Assembly (NCBI GenBank): GCA_964645775.1
Contig: CAZYBU010000005.1
Coordinates: 13,339-77,338 of the forward strand
Length of the DNA stretch: 64,000 bases
DNA from: an uncultured Leptospirales bacterium
Lineage (GTDB): Bacteria; Spirochaetota; UBA4802; UBA5550
Reading direction: 5' to 3'
In this document: piece after piece, positions 63,206 to 64,000 of the stretch
How the letters are laid out: each line of letters starts with the position of its first letter
How positions within the stretch are numbered: position 1 is the first letter of the stretch
Program-made: the position numbers and the translations under genes
Notes under the pieces: generated by a model
The model's database searches: none
Told to the model about the DNA's origin: nothing
The model's input: the letters and a program-made list of their open reading frames with translations, nothing else

Positions 63206-64000
63206 TTAGACAAGACGGAGTCCTTCTGTGGGAAAGGTCTGGCAGAGCTCCCTTACCTGGCTTCGTGTCCTTTCGATAATGGAATCATCTTCCATCGAAG
63301 CGATGACGTCCGCTATGAGGTTGCCAATAGTTTTGAACTCATCTTCCTTCAGGCCCCGGGTCGTAAGGGCGGGACTTCCCAGGCGTATGCCGCTGGTTAC
63401 AAAGGGAGACTTGTTGTCGAAGGGAACACCGTTTTTATTGCAGGTAATACCGGCAGTTTCAAGCCGGTCAGCCACATCCCTGCCGGTCAATTCCCTGGAA
63501 CGGAGGTCCACAAGCATGAGATGGTTATCCGTTCCGCCCGATGTAATGGTAAGATCCCTGGAGAGCAGGGTCTCGGCCAGGATATTTGCATTGGCGATGA
63601 CCTGCTTCTGGTAATCGATAAAAGTGGGCTGCAGGGCCTCGCCGAAGGCCACCGCTTTGGCAGCGATGCTGTGCATCTGAGGTCCTCCCTGAACTCCGGG
63701 GAACAGAGAACGGTTTATCTCCTTGTCCATATCCTCCTTCGCCAGGATAACCCCTCCCCTGGGACCGCGCAGGGTCTTGTGTGTGGTCATGGTCACGTAA
63801 TCCGCTCCCTTTACGGGGGATGGATGCAATCCGACGGCCACAAGCCCGGCGGTATGCGCGATATCGGCCATAAGTTTGGCGCCGACATTTTGGGCTATCT
63901 CAGCGAAACGGTCGAAATCGATGATCCTTGGATAGGCGGAAGCCCCGGCGATAATCAGCTTGGGTTTGTTCTCCCTTGCAATGCGAGCGACCTCGTCATA
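63206..64000 (-). CDS. glyA: Serine hydroxymethyltransferase (N-terminal part lies beyond the window)
   Basis: PLP site [15 protein letters not shown]. The frame stays open to position 64000 (my translation: [25 protein letters not shown]...). Confidence 0.9.
   Translation of the reverse strand, partial: YDEVARIARENKPKLIIAGASAYPRIIDFDRFAEIAQNVGAKLMADIAHTAGLVAVGLHPSPVKGADYVTMTTHKTLRGPRGGVILAKEDMDKEINRSLFPGVQGGPQMHSIAAKAVAFGEALQPTFIDYQKQVIANANILAETLLSRDLTITSGGTDNHLMLVDLRSRELTGRDVADRLETAGITCNKNGVPFDNKSPFVTSGIRLGSPALTTRGLKEDEFKTIGNLIADVIASMEDDSIIERTRSQVRELCQTFPTEGLRLV

Overview
This is a 64-kb chromosomal segment from a diderm (Gram-negative-type) bacterium with patchy base composition. I support about 62 protein genes, 2 tRNAs and no rRNA or CRISPR. 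Left third (0-21.5 kb): an Omp85 fragment, a GAF/HD-GYP c-di-GMP phosphodiesterase, a 40-residue-repeat TPR protein, a FecR-like lipoprotein, a TetR regulator, an epimerase, an internally deleted sensor-kinase remnant, hemerythrin, a GH13_18 sugar phosphorylase, an SDR/sulfotransferase group, a MATE pump, and ectABC-ask followed by an MscS channel. Centre (22.9-28.2 kb): a visibly AT-richer patch with a sirtuin-pncA-pncB NAD-salvage set, a RAYT-like Y1 (HUH) transposase and alr. From 28.9 to 48.1 kb lies a roughly 19-kb aryl-polyene/flexirubin-like type II PKS cluster. It has an aromatic ammonia-lyase, thioesterase, KS, KS-CLF fusion, two ACPs, two dehydratases, a KR, AMP-ligase, LolA-like protein, GT2, LpxL-type acyltransferase and an MMPL-methyltransferase fusion. 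It also carries a fused fatty-acid-kinase-like DAK2-DegV protein, a PlsY paralog, a PlsC-type acyltransferase, FabD and a deacetylase. Right third: tRNA-Trp, a YeeE/YedE pair, a truncated kinase plus receiver, purF, gpmI, mobA, a partner-switching module, tRNA-Pro, plsB, class-3 fbp and glyA. Two signals stand out. (1) The 11-bp palindrome GGGTCWGACCC occurs 17 times (chance expectation about 0.03), in all three reading phases and in intergenic DNA, and the copies cluster around the RAYT gene. (2) The polyene cluster appears to contain its own acyl-phosphate route to a glycerolipid anchor.
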